Assembly: GCA_951406725.2 (NCBI GenBank)
Contig: OX597814.1
Span: 142,166,001 to 142,230,000, forward strand
Reading direction: 5' to 3'
Length of the DNA stretch: 64,000 nt
Origin: Octopus vulgaris
Taxonomy: Eukaryota
The position numbers and the translations under genes were made by a program. Every line of letters begins with the position of its first letter. The first letter of the stretch is position 1. Of this stretch, positions 14,267-29,653 are shown in pieces. The notes below the pieces were generated by a model. The model did not search any database, had not been told where the DNA came from, and worked only from the letters and a program-made list of their open reading frames with translations.

Positions 14267-14859
14267 TATAATCATAAACAGATTATATTCTTTCATTTCC
14301 TATCAAATCACATGACCTTGAAAGGGATCTGTGAATGCATTTGGTAAAAAAAAAGGTGGAGTTGCAAAGAAAGGAAGCTTAAGAAAGTATATACTAAGAC
14401 AATAAAAAATTTTGATTTCTTAAACAAGCATAAGATCTTTAGCTTGATGGGGAATGGTAGAGTTGAGTTTTTTTAACCCTGTTACATGAGTAGTAGGCTG
14501 GTGAATTAGCACTGTGTTAGATAGGCTGCTTGAAGTATTTGCTCTAAATCACTATCCCCGTCATCATCTGAGCACTCTGAGTTCAAATTCTACTGTAGCC
14601 ACTTAGCCTTTCATTTTTAATAGGGTTAATAAAAAAAATAGTACTAAAACATCAATCTGAAGTAGAGAATTAGTAGAACTGCTAAAGCATCAGATAGAAT
14701 GCCTTGTGGTATCTATTCCAGTTCTGTGCATTCTGAGTTCAAATCCTACCCTATTACCAAAAACCAGAGACATTTTTGTCAGGACTTGTAATCAACAGTC
14801 AAAATCAACTGTTTAGAAAGAACCAATGGAAACAAGTTTTCTTTGTTGATTGATCATTG

Positions 14860-14994
14860 TCATCTTGGAAACTGAAGAAGAATTTGAGGATAAGCCTTAC
14901 AAAGCTAGATCTTAATCTGGGGGAGGGTGCAATGCAGAAAACCTGTTGTCTAGGTTTATCAAGATTTGGCAAGAAAATCTTAAATGCAACATAA
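14860..14994 (+). pseudogene. Probable C-terminal fragment of an R4/Dong/NeSL-like (REL endonuclease) retrotransposon
   Basis: Translation KKNLRISLTKLDLNLGEGAMQKTCCLGLSRFGKKILN* resembles the conserved end L..L......MQK..LLGTARILRKVL. Confidence 0.4.
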
Positions 14995-15154
14995 GGACAG
15001 ATGTGAGCAGTATAAAAGGACTTTTGCTGGAGAAAGGCGAAAATTGCTTCATTGTAGACCATGGATTGGGATTAATTAAGAAACAAAATTAAATGAATTA
15101 CAACATCAATACTATGTAAGAGCAAAATAACAACACTTATTATCATCATTATTG

Positions 15155-15747
15155 AGGTAGCAAGCTGGCAGATTCGTTGGTATGCTGAGTGAAATGCTTA
15201 GCAGTATTTCATCTGCTGCTATGTTCTGAGTTCAAATTCCGCTGAAGTTGACTTTGCCTTTCATTCTTTCAGGGTCGATAAACTAAGTACGAATGAAACA
15301 CCAGTGAAAGTACTCCCTTCTCTCCAAATTTCAGGCCTTGTGCCTTTAGCAGAAAGGATTATTATTATCATGATTATCAATTTGTGTTGCAAGATTCCTG
15401 ATGTGAAATCGTGTGTCGAAACCGAGATTGTTGCATTTTGGTCATTTTTATTTTTGGTGGGGGCTAAATAATAATGCATGTGTATTTTTGACAAAAAAAA
15501 GTAAAAAAAAACATTACCATCCCAAAATACAATATCATTATTATTATTATTATTATTATTATCATTATTATTAAGGAGCTTGCAGAAATATAAGCATGCC
15601 GAGGTCGACTTTGCCTTTCATCCTTTTGGAGTCGATAAATAAAGTACCAGTTGCATACTGGGGGTCGATCTAATTGGCTGGTCCCCTCCCCCAAAATTTC
15701 AGGCCTTGTGCCTAGAATAGAAAAGATTAACATTATCATTATTATTA

Positions 15748-15788
<41 letters not shown>

Positions 15789-16077
15789 GAGTGAGAGAGC
15801 AGCGCATGCCTATTATTATCATCATCATTATGAAAATGGCAAACTGGCTGAATTGTTAGCTTTCTGGGCAAAATACTTAGCTGCGTTTTGTCCATCTTTA
15901 GGTTCTCAGTTCAAATTGTGCTGAGGTTGATTTTACCTTTCATCCTTTCAGGGTCAAATGAAAGAAGTACCAGTTGTGCACTGGAGGTTTGATGCAATCA
16001 ACTTACACCATTCCTTGAAATTGCTACCCTTGTGCCAAAATTTGAAACTAACATTATTATTATTATTATTATTATTA
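15155..16077 (+). mobile_element. Cluster of three family B SINEs with (ATT)n tails
   Basis: GACTTTGCCTTTCAT.CTTT..GGGTC recurs at ~15250, 15607 and 15930, each followed by (ATT)n. Confidence 0.8.
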
Positions 16078-16649
16078 AAAGAATTAAATATTTTAGAAAA
16101 TATTTAAGAGAAATATTTGAAAACAACTGGATGGAACCAATAAAAGAATAAACATGAGGTGTGTGTGTGTGTGGGGGGGTGAATTAGCATGCTTCCCCGA
16201 AGCATCATGGGAGTAATCTATTAGCAAAATAATGAGCTGTACTAACAATGACATCCACAACACAACTCCTAATTGAAACATTGATTAAGTTGGATAATAA
16301 AAGAAAGAAAAACAAAAATCTGCAATTAATTTTAATCAATAAAAGTTATCTGCAACAGTCTATTGTTCATGGAATAAAAAGATTAACAACAAACTGCTCA
16401 GATTATCTCAAAATATGAACTAATTCTAATTAGTTATATAGTCAAACGAGCTGTTAAGAAATCTGTTAAGGTGTTTGTTATTGAATGTTGTTGTTGTTGT
16501 TTCCTTTGTTCACTTACAATAACTCAGACAATTGCTTTTGGGAAGAGTGGAGTTGATGGTAGATTAGGAGAAAACAAGGGAAGACTCGGGATGAAATGGT
16601 TAGTTATATTAGACCTAGTTGTAACAATGTATTATTATAATAGCTTTGC

Positions 16650-16990
16650 AGAGGAGATGATGATGATGATGATGCTTGTTGATAATGATGATGACGACGA
16701 CGTTGATGATGGGGATGAGGAAGCTGAGTCAAACACATGTGAAAAGACAGTGATGATTACCTATCCTACCCTTACAATCATGAGGAAAAGGCATATCAGA
16801 AAGAATACCAGCAATAATAATGGCAATGATGTGAAGGATCACAATGAGCAAGAATGCTGACAAAAGCTATGACGACGATGATAAAGACAATGTAAATGAC
16901 ATTGATGCGGATGGTATGATGATAATGATGAGGATGATGATGATGATGATAATGATGATGATGTCGACTTTGATGACGATGATGTTAGTA
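16650..16990. repeat. Degenerate (GAT)n low-complexity tract
   Basis: Direct reading. Confidence 0.85.
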
Positions 16991-17835
16991 GTGGCAATGA
17001 CAATCTTTAAGTTTTGTCTACCAGAGCAACTATCAATTTGACAGTGTTTTGTCACAATGTGGCATCCCTGTATGGCTTAATAAACTGGAGCACTTTGATC
17101 AAAGACAACAATAATGCAGCTCCAGTGGGGGAACATATCCTCTATGTAGTTACTTGAACTGCAAGAGGTCACTCCTTAATCTTCTAATCACAGCTTTCTA
17201 TCTAAAATAATAAAAGACAGAGTGGTCACAACTGAAATGCCTTTGATCATAGCTTTGATTAATTAGAGCTGTTCTACAGTTAAACAATGCCCATGGAGGG
17301 CAGTGATGCTAGTGCCATGTAAAAAGCACCCAATACATTCTGTAAAGTGGTTGGCATTAGGAAGGGCATCCAGCTGTAGAAACCAAGCCAAAACAGATTA
17401 TGGAATGTGGTGAAGCCTCCAAGTCTTGCCAGCTCCTGTCAAATTGTCCAACCCATGCCAGCATGAAAAACAGACATTAAATGATGATGGTGTCAATGAT
17501 GGTTTTATACATGGGTACATCATTGGGAAGGGTGCAGGTGATGGTTGAATTATTGGTAATGAGCATACTGAATTCTTCAAAAGAATCAAAGACAATATTG
17601 ATGTTTGTCAACATTGGTTGACCTAGGGCTGTATTAGAAGACACTTGTCCAAGGTGCCATGCAATGGGACTGAACCTAAAACCATATGATTACAAAGCGA
17701 GCTTCTTAACGACACAGTTATACCCGCTTAGATATCTGGTGTGAAATTTGAAGGCTGAAGAGTTGGTGCCATCATCATTTAACATCTATTTTCCATGTTG
17801 GCATGGGTTGATAGCTTGACAGGAGCGGCCATGAA

Positions 17836-18021
17836 GCCATTTGACTGTGGCCATGCTGGGGCACCACTCCCAGTCAAACAAATCGACCTTGGACTTATTC
17901 TTTGTAAGCCTGGTACTTATTCTATCGGATGTCTTTTGCCAAACTGCTAAGTTACGAGTACGTAAACACACCAACATCAGTTGTCAAGTGATGGTGGAGG
18001 GGCAAACACACACAAATACAT

Positions 18022-18053
<32 letters not shown>

Positions 18054-18212
18054 GATGGGCTTCTTTCAGTTTCTGTCTACCAAATCCACTCACAAGGCTT
18101 TGGTCAACCTGAGGCTACAGTAGAAGACACTTGCTCAAGTTGCCATGCAGTGGGACTGAACCTGGAACCATGTGGTTGGGAAGCAAGCCTCTTACCACAC
18201 AGCCACGCCAGC
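17836..18212 (-). mobile_element. SINE family A
   Basis: Reverse-complement match to family A. Confidence 0.8.
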
Positions 18213-18927
18213 ACATATTTAAATAATTTTTTTCTTGAGCTCTACAATTCATAATGTTGGGTATTCAGTTTCCATGGCATGTAAAGCATTTAGGTGACCA
18301 AGATCACAATATTCCTCTGAAGAGGCTGCAAATCCATTACAAGGTTCAAGTCCAGTGATTTTGAAGGGAGAGGACAGGTCAATTATACCAATCCCCAGTA
18401 CTTGACAGCTACTTTATATTACCAACCCACAAAGGGATGAATGGCAAATTTGGCCATGGAGGGATTTGAACTTGGAACGTAACAAACCAGAAGAAATGAT
18501 GCTAAGCATTTCGTTTGACATGCCAGCTTACAACTGCCTTTATTCACTGCTGCTGGGAGATGATGATATATTAAAGTGTTAAAAAAACAAAACATCATCA
18601 GGTGTAAAACTACCAATAACCATAAATTTTCTGACAAAAGAAATGTAAAGCTTAAAGAAATTTTAGTTAATACTCATTAACTAACTAACAGCAGATTAAA
18701 ATTACACTGGAGGATTTAATACCTTTAAAATTTCTCTTATCTTTTCACTAACTATTTTCAATGTTATGAACAGTCATGAATCTGAAAATAAAGATTTTGT
18801 TGTGGTAGCTATTTATACAAGACAGGAGTGTGTGCGTATCATCATCGTCATCATCAACATCATCGTCGTTTAACGTCCGCTTTCCATGCTGGCATGGATA
18901 TGCTTGTGTGATATGTTGTATATGTAT

Positions 18928-19138
18928 ACTCTTTTACTCTTTTACTTGTTTCAGTCATTTGACTGTGGCCATGCTGGAGCACTGCCTTTAGTTGAGCAAA
19001 TCGACCCAAGGACTTATTCTTTGTAAGCCTAGTACTTATTCTATTGGACTCTTTTGCCGAACCGCTAAGTTACGGGGACGTAAACACACCAGCATCGGTT
19101 GTCAAGCGATGTTGGAGGGGACAAACACAGACACACAA

Positions 19139-19182
<44 letters not shown>

Positions 19183-19378
19183 GATGGGCTTCTTTCAGTT
19201 TCCGTCTACCAAATCCACTCACAAGGCTTTGGTCAGCCCAAGGCCATAGTAGAAGACACTTGCCCAAGGTGCCACGTGGTGACACTGAACTCGGAACCAT
19301 GTGCTTCGTAAGCAAGCTACTTACCACACAGCCACTCCTATGCCAATAGCTACTTACCACACAGCCACTCCTATGCCT
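18928..19378 (-). mobile_element. SINE family A with a duplicated 5' ~30 bp
   Basis: Reverse-complement match. GCTACTTACCACACAGCCACTCCTATGCC occurs twice in tandem. Confidence 0.85.
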
Positions 19379-20869
19379 GTATATTTATTATTGCTTAGCC
19401 CCCAGGTCAGCCCTGATGAAGCAAACTTATGATCAAAGATTTTCCAGTCATGACTATCATATCGTTGATTCAGACAAAGCAAGTTCAATACTATATTATC
19501 TAGTATGCTCTTCCTTTAATAGAGTATGAATTGAGGGTCATTTGGCTGATATTTCTTACAGGCCAAGAGACTACAGATGTGTGTGCATTTGTGTGTGTAA
19601 ATATAAAAGCTAAAATTGACTGAGTTAACAGAATGTCAAATTGTTTATCCATGGTTTTTAATCTTGACGTCAGCATTATGTCATCATCCATAGCAAAGAC
19701 TGGGCCATTCTGCCTTGCTTTGAGTTCAAATCCTAGTGAAGGCACATTTTCCTTTCATCCTTTCAGAGTCAATTCTGTCTATTCCTAAGTAGTGAACAGA
19801 CAGAGTTGTTTGAGCATCAAATGAGATGTCTCCCAGTATTTGTTCTGGTTATTGGCATCTTGTTTTCCTGGGTGGTACATTTCATCCATTGCTTGGTTTA
19901 ACATCACCAACTGAACCTTAGATGAGTAGACTATGGCAGCATAAAATTATATCTTTCACCCTAGAACAAACACATCACACAGTCTGAGAAACAAAATCAG
20001 GATCTTATTATCATGACTGCAACACCCTAGTCAATAAGCCACGCATATTCACATTTGATCCAGTACTAAGGACTTTATTTATTGACTGTAGTCCAAGGCA
20101 CTGGTTTGAAAATAACTGCATTCCTTTCTCCTATCAGTCTCAGAGACCTTTTGAAAAAGAATGATTTATAGGAACTGAAGTAAGGTAATATTTCTTGACT
20201 TTGCATTTCATCCTTTCAGGATTGGTAAATTAAGTACCAGTTACATACTGGAGTCGATCTGATCAACTGGACCCTTCCCCAAAAATTTCAGGCCTAGAGT
20301 AGAAAAGAATATTTCTCAATGGCCAGACATGTTTTCTCTGAAGATTGGAGATGAAAAACAATGCTTATATGATGGCGACACTTGTTTACAACTACTACAC
20401 AATTTTACAACAGACACCAACTCATATGTACACACACACACACACACACATACATACACACACACACACAACTGGTTTCTTTCAGCTCCTATCTATCAAA
20501 TTCTGTCACAAGGCTTTGGTTGGCCTAGGGAAGACTTTTGCCCAAGGTTTCATGTAGTGGGACTGCACCCAGAACCATATGGTTGGAAAACAAGCCTCTT
20601 AACCAAATAAGCAGCCATATTTCTTTGTCTTGTTATTTGTATTAGACACACACACACACACACATAGCAGCTAAAACACAGCTTCCATCTACCAAATTCA
20701 CTCACAAGATATTGATCAACCTAAGCTATTATAGAAGACACTTACCATGGTGCCTTGTGCTATAGAACCAGGCTCAATACCATCATCATCATCATCATCC
20801 GTAAATCAAATTTCTTAACTTCATAGCCATACCATCTTGCAATTGGCCAGTTATTATTTAATTTAATTT

Positions 20870-21000
20870 TTTCCAGTAAATAAACTCCAAGTGTAAATCA
20901 CAAAAGAATGATATCTAGTGTTTATATCTTTTGCTAAAGTTTCTATTATTATCCAGGCCTCAATACTGTACAACAAAACTGTTTTTATCAATGCCAGCTT
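20870..21000 (-). pseudogene. Decayed RTE-like RT C-terminal fragment
   Basis: IKTVLLYSIEAWIIIETLAKDINTRY resembles V.SVLLYG.EAWTLT..L.K.ID..Y. Confidence 0.5.
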
Positions 21001-24000
21001 TGTAAAGTAACAGTGACTGTACAATTCCCAATGAAGAAAACTTTGTGTGTTGCTAACCATGATAGTAGGTGTCTTTATCTAGAAGTTTCTCTGCTATCTG
21101 ATATGACACATTCAACAAAAACCAGTGACAAAAGTTAGTTGAATTCCTGATAAAGCATATATAATCCTGAAGTTTATGTCACCTTTGCTCAGTTTGGCTA
21201 CATCTTAATTAATATATTCACTCACTCACGTGCAAATACAACAAAAAAAACTGGAAAGAGAGAAAACCTAGTTGTACATTATTGAATATGATAGTTAACC
21301 CACTTGATAGCAAATTATCTGCAGTTACTCTAGTTCTGTGATAGAAAATTGGGCATTTTGTAGAGGTTTTTATTTAACCCTTTTGTTATCATATTTCTTT
21401 TGAAACTTATTCTCTTTGTTTTGGTTGATTTTGAAACTAATGAAGAATTTAGTAAACTTACTTCGCCATTATTAAGTTGGTGTTTGTAGTATTAATTAAC
21501 ATGTAATGATGATGAAAAGTTTTAGTTTAAGGTCACTTTAAAATGAGAAGTTTGTATTATAGGACCAGGGGCAGTCACAGACATGTTGGTATCAAAAAGA
21601 GTCAAGTTTTAAACCTTCTGTCATAATTTATGATAGAACTTCTTGTTAAACTGTGCCTCAGATACCAGCTTAATTGTAGAATGGTTAATTATTTTGCTAA
21701 TTTCTTTCATGGACAGATTTTCTACAATGATGCTCTGAAGTCCTTCATGGATAGTGAAGTTTATCATAAACAAGGTTATATAGTGTTCAAGATACTTGAT
21801 TCCTTAAAAATGTCAAACTTCGATTTTTTTTTTTCCCTTACCTGGCCTAAATAAAATCAGAGAAAGAATTTTGAAGAGTAATTAACAGACATTACTGTCA
21901 ATTCTATGGTACAAAAGAACCTCCAGACCCCTACTTTCAGAGATAGATATAATTACATGTAAACTTACACCTGGTTCTGCGAGCAAGTTTTTAGTCGAGG
22001 CAATATTTAAAAGATAATTTGTTTTAGGTTAATGGTAGTGTTTAACAGCACTAAGGGAGACAACAACAACAACATTGACTCCCTGTGTGATCTTGTTGAT
22101 GAAACAAGTTTGAGCCTGATGTTAAGCTGACAGATATGCATATATTAAAAATATAATAAAGAAAACAAAACAAAACAAAAAAAAATTAACAGGGTAAGCT
22201 GTGGTTAAAGAGTTTACTTTGCAGCCATGTGATTGCAGGTTTGATTTCACTGCACTGCATCAGGTCTTCTACGGAAGCCTTGGGTTGAGTTGACACTAAT
22301 ATCTGATGATGGAAATCAGGAAATAGAAACTATGCAGAAGTCCATGAAGAGTGTGTGTGTGTGGGGGTGTGGGTGTGGGGGTGCATGCATGTTTTTTGTC
22401 ATGACATCATACTCTAATTTTAAACCAGAAATAATGTCTGGCCTTTATGCTGTTCATGTTCAAAGGATGAGGAGGAAAATATTGCCTTGTTTGGAAACAG
22501 GTGAGACTTGGCAAGAGAGAAGCATCCAGCTGTAGAAACTGCCTCGACAAATTTCGTCTAACCCATGCAAGCATGGTAAAACGAACATTAAAATACTGCC
22601 GCTGCTGGGGGTGGTGGTGATGATGATGATGATATTTACTGTGATAGACAGTGAAAGTATGGCAAACAGGTTAAAGAGATTTTGATTTAGACAGATTCTT
22701 GAATTACCTTCTTTACTGACGTGATATGTCTGACACTAAATTAGATGCTTAGAAAAAACGATAAATAATAAATAGAAAGAAAGAAAACTGATATCAATGA
22801 CTTGGCAAAGATCTATTGATCTGGAAAATCAGATCCAATACAATTACATAATAGAGTAGATATGGTAAGAAATGATATTCCAAAAACATATAAACCTACA
22901 TCATACAGGTCACAAAACAAGTCTGTGACAGACCAGATATTAAGAAACGGCTGTATTGATCTGGAATTCTAAGAATATAGACTGTAGAATTCCTCTCACA
23001 GCCAATAAAATAAACAGCAATGATATGCGCTCAAAACTGGAATAATTCGAAAAGAAGAGAAAACAGAAAAAATTCTGGATTTTTTTTTTTTTCTAGGAAT
23101 TATGTTCAGATAAAATACAAAGAATACTAATTTATTTTCACTATGTACATGTAATTTTAGCAAGAGATCAGGATATAGTCCTGTGAATTAACCTCAGTAT
23201 ATTACTGGTAAATGGACATTCTATGAGCATTCTATCAACTATAAAAAGCAGCCAAATCTCGCTGATGTTACATCATACTGTCATAATCCTTTCCATATTA
23301 ATCTGAGATGACTCCTCGTTTTATGATAAAAAGCTTTTTCTCTTAAAGTATTTATATTTCTATTCAAATCTATAATAAACTTACAGTATAATTTACTTAC
23401 ATTTCAAACAGCAGCGGCTCAATAATGGAAAGCTAATTATCTTATTGAATCCCTTAAAATTCTTGATTATTTTTCAAAAGTAATTAAAATATTTCATTAG
23501 TAATATAATCACCAAAACATTAAAAATTAGAACACTTTGAATAATGTAGTTTTAGATACATTATCTGATACAAAAAAAGACAATATGATTCTGGTTGGAT
23601 TGTTACTGACCAAAGGTCTACAGGGTCATGGCTGACCTAGACCTAAGCAACAAGTGGTATTGATTATATTAACTTTAGATAGACAAAGGGCAAAACCTAC
23701 TCTGGAAAGATTTCAACTCAAAACAGAGCAGAACAAAAGTACATCTATCCTTGTTTACCATGCATGTTTAGTTGAAAAAGAAAAAGCAAAATGATAGATG
23801 AATAATTCCCATGCACTTTATAAATGGAAAGAATAATAGATTCATTGATACCAAATTTGTGACACACAGCAACAAAGTTTCTTCATCTTAACCAACATCA
23901 TTATTCTTTAATGGCCATTTTCCATGCTGGCATGGGTTGGACAGTTTGACAGGAGCTGGCCAGTTGGAGAGCTGCACCAGGTTCCGACTGTTTGTTTTGG

Positions 24001-24450
24001 TATGATTTCTATGCCTGGATGCCCTTCCTAATGCCAACCACTTTACAGCGTGTACTAGGTGCTTTTTATGTGGCACCAGAACAGATGCTTTTCACATGGC
24101 ACCAGCATAGGTGCATTTCTCATGGCACCAGCACAGGTTCTTTTTTATGGAACCGGCATGAGTGCATTTTACTTGGCGGCACCAACACCTTCCACGATTA
24201 CAATTCTCTTGACCAGTTCTATCTTTTCCTCGAGAGAATCTCTGCATCATTTGCTAGGACCAGAAACCTTTGTATTTTTCTGTTCATTGAGCTCCTTGTT
24301 GTTGGATACAAGAACATAAATCCATATAAGAAAAAAATATGCAACCTCAAAGTATGGTCGTATAAACATATTTGCTAATCAATGCATTTTGGATAGCTGA
24401 GCATTGTGGGTGGTTGGGCCACATTTTTGCAGTATGAGAAAAATCTTTAA

Positions 24451-24671
24451 CCCTTTCGTTACCAACCCGGCTGAAACCGGCTCTGGCTTTGTAGTACAAA
24501 TGTTTTGTTTCCATAAGATTTGAATTAAAATCTTCCACCAAACCTTAGTCACAATTTATGTTCCTAACACCAGCTGAATGATAACTAAGTTATTTTACTA
24601 AATTCTTTGTTATATTTAAAATAATTGAAAGAAACACAGAGCATCTCAACAGAAATACAGTAATGAAAGGG
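24451..24671. mobile_element. piggyBac-type MITE, family 1
   Basis: TTAA|CCCTTTCGTTAC ... GTAATGAAAGGG|TTAA. Related copies at ~8361-8505, ~21374-21605 and 36364-36557. Confidence 0.85.
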
Positions 24672-25011
24672 TTAAATGATCACAGATCTAATTTAGCACA
24701 GACCAATCCATGATACTGCATAAGACATGCTTTACAACTGAACATACTGTGTTATCCTGAACCTGTAATGAATTAATTAATGGTGAATGGGGTTACATGT
24801 ATCATGTTTCCCATGACTGTGTGGTTAAGAAGATTGCTTTGCAACAACAAAGTTTTAGATTCAGTACCAATGCACAGCAGCTTGAGCAAGTGTCTTCTAC
24901 TATAACCATGGACTGACCAATGCCTTGTAAGTGAATTTGGGAGATAGAAACTGGGTGGAAGCTCACTGCATGTGTGTGTGTGTGTTTTCTTTTTTTACAT
25001 ATATGTAAATA

Positions 25012-25900
25012 CTAGCTGGTATACCCGGTAATTCCCGAGGGTAAAGATGTTCAATTGAAATGCCTTATTACTCTGATATAAGAAAGCAATTTTGTTATAA
25101 CTTCCACATAAGGTGTATTTTCCATCACAAAAAAACTGTGGGCTGGAGGAGGGAGAGATTGTTGAAGGTTGGCAGGAGAGTTTTTGGAGTGTTGACGAGA
25201 GAGATTGTCAGAGGTTGGCTAGAGGCAAAGCCATTATTCTGCTTAGCGAAGGCATCTGGGAAATGTATAACTGTCGTCATTCACAGAAAAACTATTGTTT
25301 TACTGTAAGAAAAACGCTTTTGAAGTGTTAAGTGAAATTTGGCAATTGGGGATTGAATCCATGCTATGCCTGCACGAAACAACTACAAATAAGTTGTGGA
25401 ATAAGAAGTTTATCTACTGTCATGGAAAAAGTGTAACTGTAAAAATGTAGAATTATCAAAGAAATGGGCATTCAAAAAAGTATGCATGTATAGAAATGTG
25501 TGAATGAAGTTTTTAATGTTTAAGATTCAAATTAAGGAAGTACAATTAAGGAAGCAGTGAGTAGTGAAATGCAGAATTAGGTCAGCTGATAATGAGAATC
25601 AAATATTTATCACTTCGCTAAAATTTGCAGGTAGTTTGAGTTATTTCCCTTGAGTTGTTTAAATAAAATATTAGTAATATGTAGGAGATAGAAGGAGCCA
25701 TTGGAAGGGCCCTATTATCCATTTTTTCCAACAATCTAAGTATGTCATGAGGTTTCCAGACATGATTTCTACTTGCATGTCAAATAAAGTATAAAAGTGA
25801 TATTGTCTGCAAAAATTAGAAATAGGACATACAAAAAAAAAGATCAATATTCAAAGTAATCGAACATAAATAATGAAATGGGTTATTTCTCTTGAGTGTT
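25012..25900 (-). mobile_element. Probable Helitron-derived segment with its 3' end at ~25012
   Basis: The minus strand ends CCCTCGGGAATTACCGGGTATACCAGCTAG|T, similar to the Helitron end at 14266. The far boundary is uncertain. Confidence 0.45.
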
Positions 25901-26899
25901 TAAAAAAATATTGTACAGGTGCTATGGATTATTTCTACTCTAGGTACAAGGCCTGAAATTTCGGGGGAGGAGCCAGTCGATTAGATTGACCCCTGTACAC
26001 AACTGATACTTAATTTATCAACCCCAAAAGGATGAAAGGCAAAGTCAATCTTGATGGAATTTGAACTCAGAATATAAAGACAGACAAAATACCGCTAAGC
26101 ATTTTGCTTGGCATGCTAATGTTTCTGTCAGCTCGCTACCTTTGTAAATAAATAAATTCTTTTCTAATCTAGGCACAAGCCCTGAAATGTTGGGGGAGGG
26201 GGCTAGTCAATTAGATCAACCCCAGTACACAACTGGTACTTAATTTATCGACCCCGAAAGGTTGAAAGGCAAAGTTGATCTTGGAGGAATTTGAACTCAG
26301 AACGTAAAGACAGATGAAATGCCTCTAAGCATTTTGCTGGTGTTCTAACAATTCTGCCAGCTTGCCACCTTAACACATTTGAATACACATCAGTGTATCT
26401 CAAGTGTTATGTTATTTCTTTGTATTAAACAATAGTGTGTTATCTTTGATATCTCGGTGTGCAGTTTTAATCTAAATAGAAAGTACCCATGTCAGATTTC
26501 CTTTCAAAGTAACAGCAAATAGATGCTTAATCTCAGAAAAGAAAAGCTTAGCTTTCAACCAATAATTTATTTGCATATCTGTGTGCACATGTAAACATGT
26601 CTGAATGCATGTTTAGCATTATACGTGTATGAATATAAATGTATAATAGTAATGTATCCGAGAACGACAAATGTACATGTCGAAAATGGGTAAAAATACA
26701 AACAGTGGATGTGGACAATCTCAATCCTTCATCAGTTATCAACCAAACATCAACATTTTGATGGATTGGCTATACTATTGGTGTTGACTACAAGGCTTGT
26801 TGTTTTTGGATTTTAAACACTCCTGAAATAAGACTTGGTTTTCTAATTGTCCTAGTGCTGAACAACAAAGAAACAAACAAAGAAAGGAAGGAAGGAAGT

Positions 26900-27009
26900 G
26901 TAGATAGATAGAGATAGATACATAGACAAAAGGATAGATAGACAGATAGATAGATACATACATACATACGTAGATAGATACATAGACAGACAGACAGACA
27001 CACAGACAA

Positions 27010-27062
<53 letters not shown>

Positions 27063-27079
27063 CAGACAGATAGATAGAC

Positions 27080-27110
<31 letters not shown>

Positions 27111-27212
27111 CAGACAGATAGACAGACAGATAGATAGATAGATAGATAGACAGATAGATAGACAGACAGACAGATAAACAGACAGATAGGCAGACAGACA
27201 GACAGATAGATA
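26900..27212. repeat. (GATA)n/(GACA)n microsatellite adjoining a SINE head
   Basis: Direct reading. A family A SINE head lies on the minus strand at 27215-27370. Confidence 0.95.
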
Positions 27213-27799
27213 AGCACTTCTTGCATCTACTAAATCCACTCATTAGGCTTTGGTTAGCTTCAGGTGGCTATAAAAAGAAGACACTTACCTAAGATACCAT
27301 ATAGTGGTAGCTGAACTCAGAACCATCTACTTTGGAAGTAAACCTCTTAACCACACAACCATGCCTGCACCTCTTAAAACTACTGACCATATATTTGCCA
27401 TGAAAGTGTGGTGTGTGTGTGTATGTGTGTAGAGAGCACAGTCACCAAGAGATTAAGAATTCATATCTAGAGATTTTGTCAAGGAAGCCTTATACGACGG
27501 CTGCTGCATTGATCAGCAGAAGTAAGATAACACATTTATAGTTACAATAAACACATAAGCATTGTACATGCACAAACATACAAACATGAACGTGTACAGA
27601 AAAACATACATAAATATACACATGTAAAATAATGTATTTGTTTTCATGAAAACCACAGTAAAGACATTCAGCTGAGTTTAAGCAAATCCAAAGGATGCTA
27701 AATTATATATATAGCTGCCAATACCAAATTATGTTAGCTGTGAAAAGTAAGGTTTATTGCATTACTGAATGTAATATACAAGCCTAATGGATAAAAATG

Positions 27800-27857
27800 A
27801 CGTGTGTGCATATACATATATATATATTTGTATGTGTATGTATGTGTATAGACATGT

Positions 27858-27897
<40 letters not shown>

Positions 27898-27988
27898 GTA
27901 TGTGTATATGTGTGTATGTATGCGTATAGACATGTAGATAATATATATATATACTTGTGTATGTGTATATGTGTGTATAGACATGTAG

Positions 27989-28028
<40 letters not shown>

Positions 28029-28570
28029 GTATATGTATATATATATGTGTGTGTGTATATATATATATATGTGTGTGTGTATGTGTATATGTGTGTATAG
28101 ACATGTATGTTTGTGTGTATATACATATGTATATATGAGTGTGTGTATCTGTATATGTGTGTGTATTATATGTGAATATGTATATCTGTAAATAACCATG
28201 GAACTGTGTATTTTGTGTGCATGCATGCATGTAGGTGTATGTGTATATGTATGTATATCTATATATATATATATGAGTTTGTGCATTTGTGTGTATGTAT
28301 CTATGATATATTATATACACACAAATTTACATAGAGAGACAGACAGACAGCTGCATACACATATATATACACATTCATTTATATAAAATATATATACACA
28401 CACGTGTGTATGTTTGTGGTATATACACAGATTTACATAGAGAGAGACAGACAGGTGCATGTAGATACATATATATCTATATATACACATTCACTCATAC
28501 AAAATACAAATACACACATGCTTGTATGTGTGTGTATTATATGAGTGTGTGTATGAATGTATGTATAAAG
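27800..28570. repeat. Compound TA/TG microsatellite with a recurring TATAGACATGTA spacer
   Basis: Direct reading. Confidence 0.9.
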
Positions 28571-29088
28571 TTATGCATATAAATGTCAAATTCAAAGAAG
28601 TGACATTGGCTTTTATTGCCTATAAATTGGAACTATTCGATTACAAACTCTGTGGTGCGCTTTTCATCTTTTCCTTTATTGTTTTGGTGTTTCCTCTTAT
28701 TGGACTTTGGCCAAACTGGAGCACCGCTTTCAAGTGCTTAAATGATCAAATCAACTCCCAATACATACTTTTACTTACATCTAATATGGTACTTATTCTA
28801 TTGATAACTTTTCGTTGAATCATTAAATTACAGGGACGTAAACAAACCACCACCAGATATCAAGAGGTGAGAAATATGCACAATGGAGCACATGCACACA
28901 CACACAATCATTATCTCTACCATTTTAACATCCACTTTCCATTATCTCATAGTCTGGACAAAATTTGTTGAGGCTAGATGCCTTTCCTGTAGCTAACCAT
29001 CACCTGTTTTCAAACAAGGTAATATTTTCTTATGACCAAACATGTCTTCAAAGATTGGACATGAAAAACACTGCTTGCAGAAAAGTGA

Positions 29089-29130
<42 letters not shown>

Positions 29131-29588
29131 CAGTGGATACAACAGGCTTTTTTCAGTTTCTGTCAACCAAATCCTATCACAATGCTTTGGTCGACCTGGG
29201 GTCATAGTAGAAGACATTTTCCCAAAGAAATGCGCTACACAGTGGGATTGAACCTGAAACCATGTAGTTGGAAAGCACAAATCTGATCACACAACTGATC
29301 TTGATATTAGGAAGGGCATCCAGCTGGAAAAACCATGCTAAAGCAGACAGTGCAGCTTGGCGCAGCCCCCAGACTTACTAGCTCCTGTCAAACCACCTGA
29401 GCCATGCTGGTATGGAAGATGGACATTAATTGATGATGACAATTATTGCTCAAGAACATAACATAGAGACTGGTCCAAAATTCGAACTCACTACCTCATG
29501 TTTCTGAGCTCAACACTCAAACCACTGAACCATGCACCTTCACATGATATATATATATATATATATACACACGCATGCACACACACAT

Positions 29589-29653
<65 letters not shown>

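Noticed and set aside
16471-17041. Acidic/poly-Met protein ORFs
   Set aside because: Explained by the degenerate (GAT)n tract, with no splice or domain support.
21969-22126. Possible minus-strand exon (pyrimidine tract with CAG, and a GTAAGT donor)
   Set aside because: Stops in all frames and no other support.
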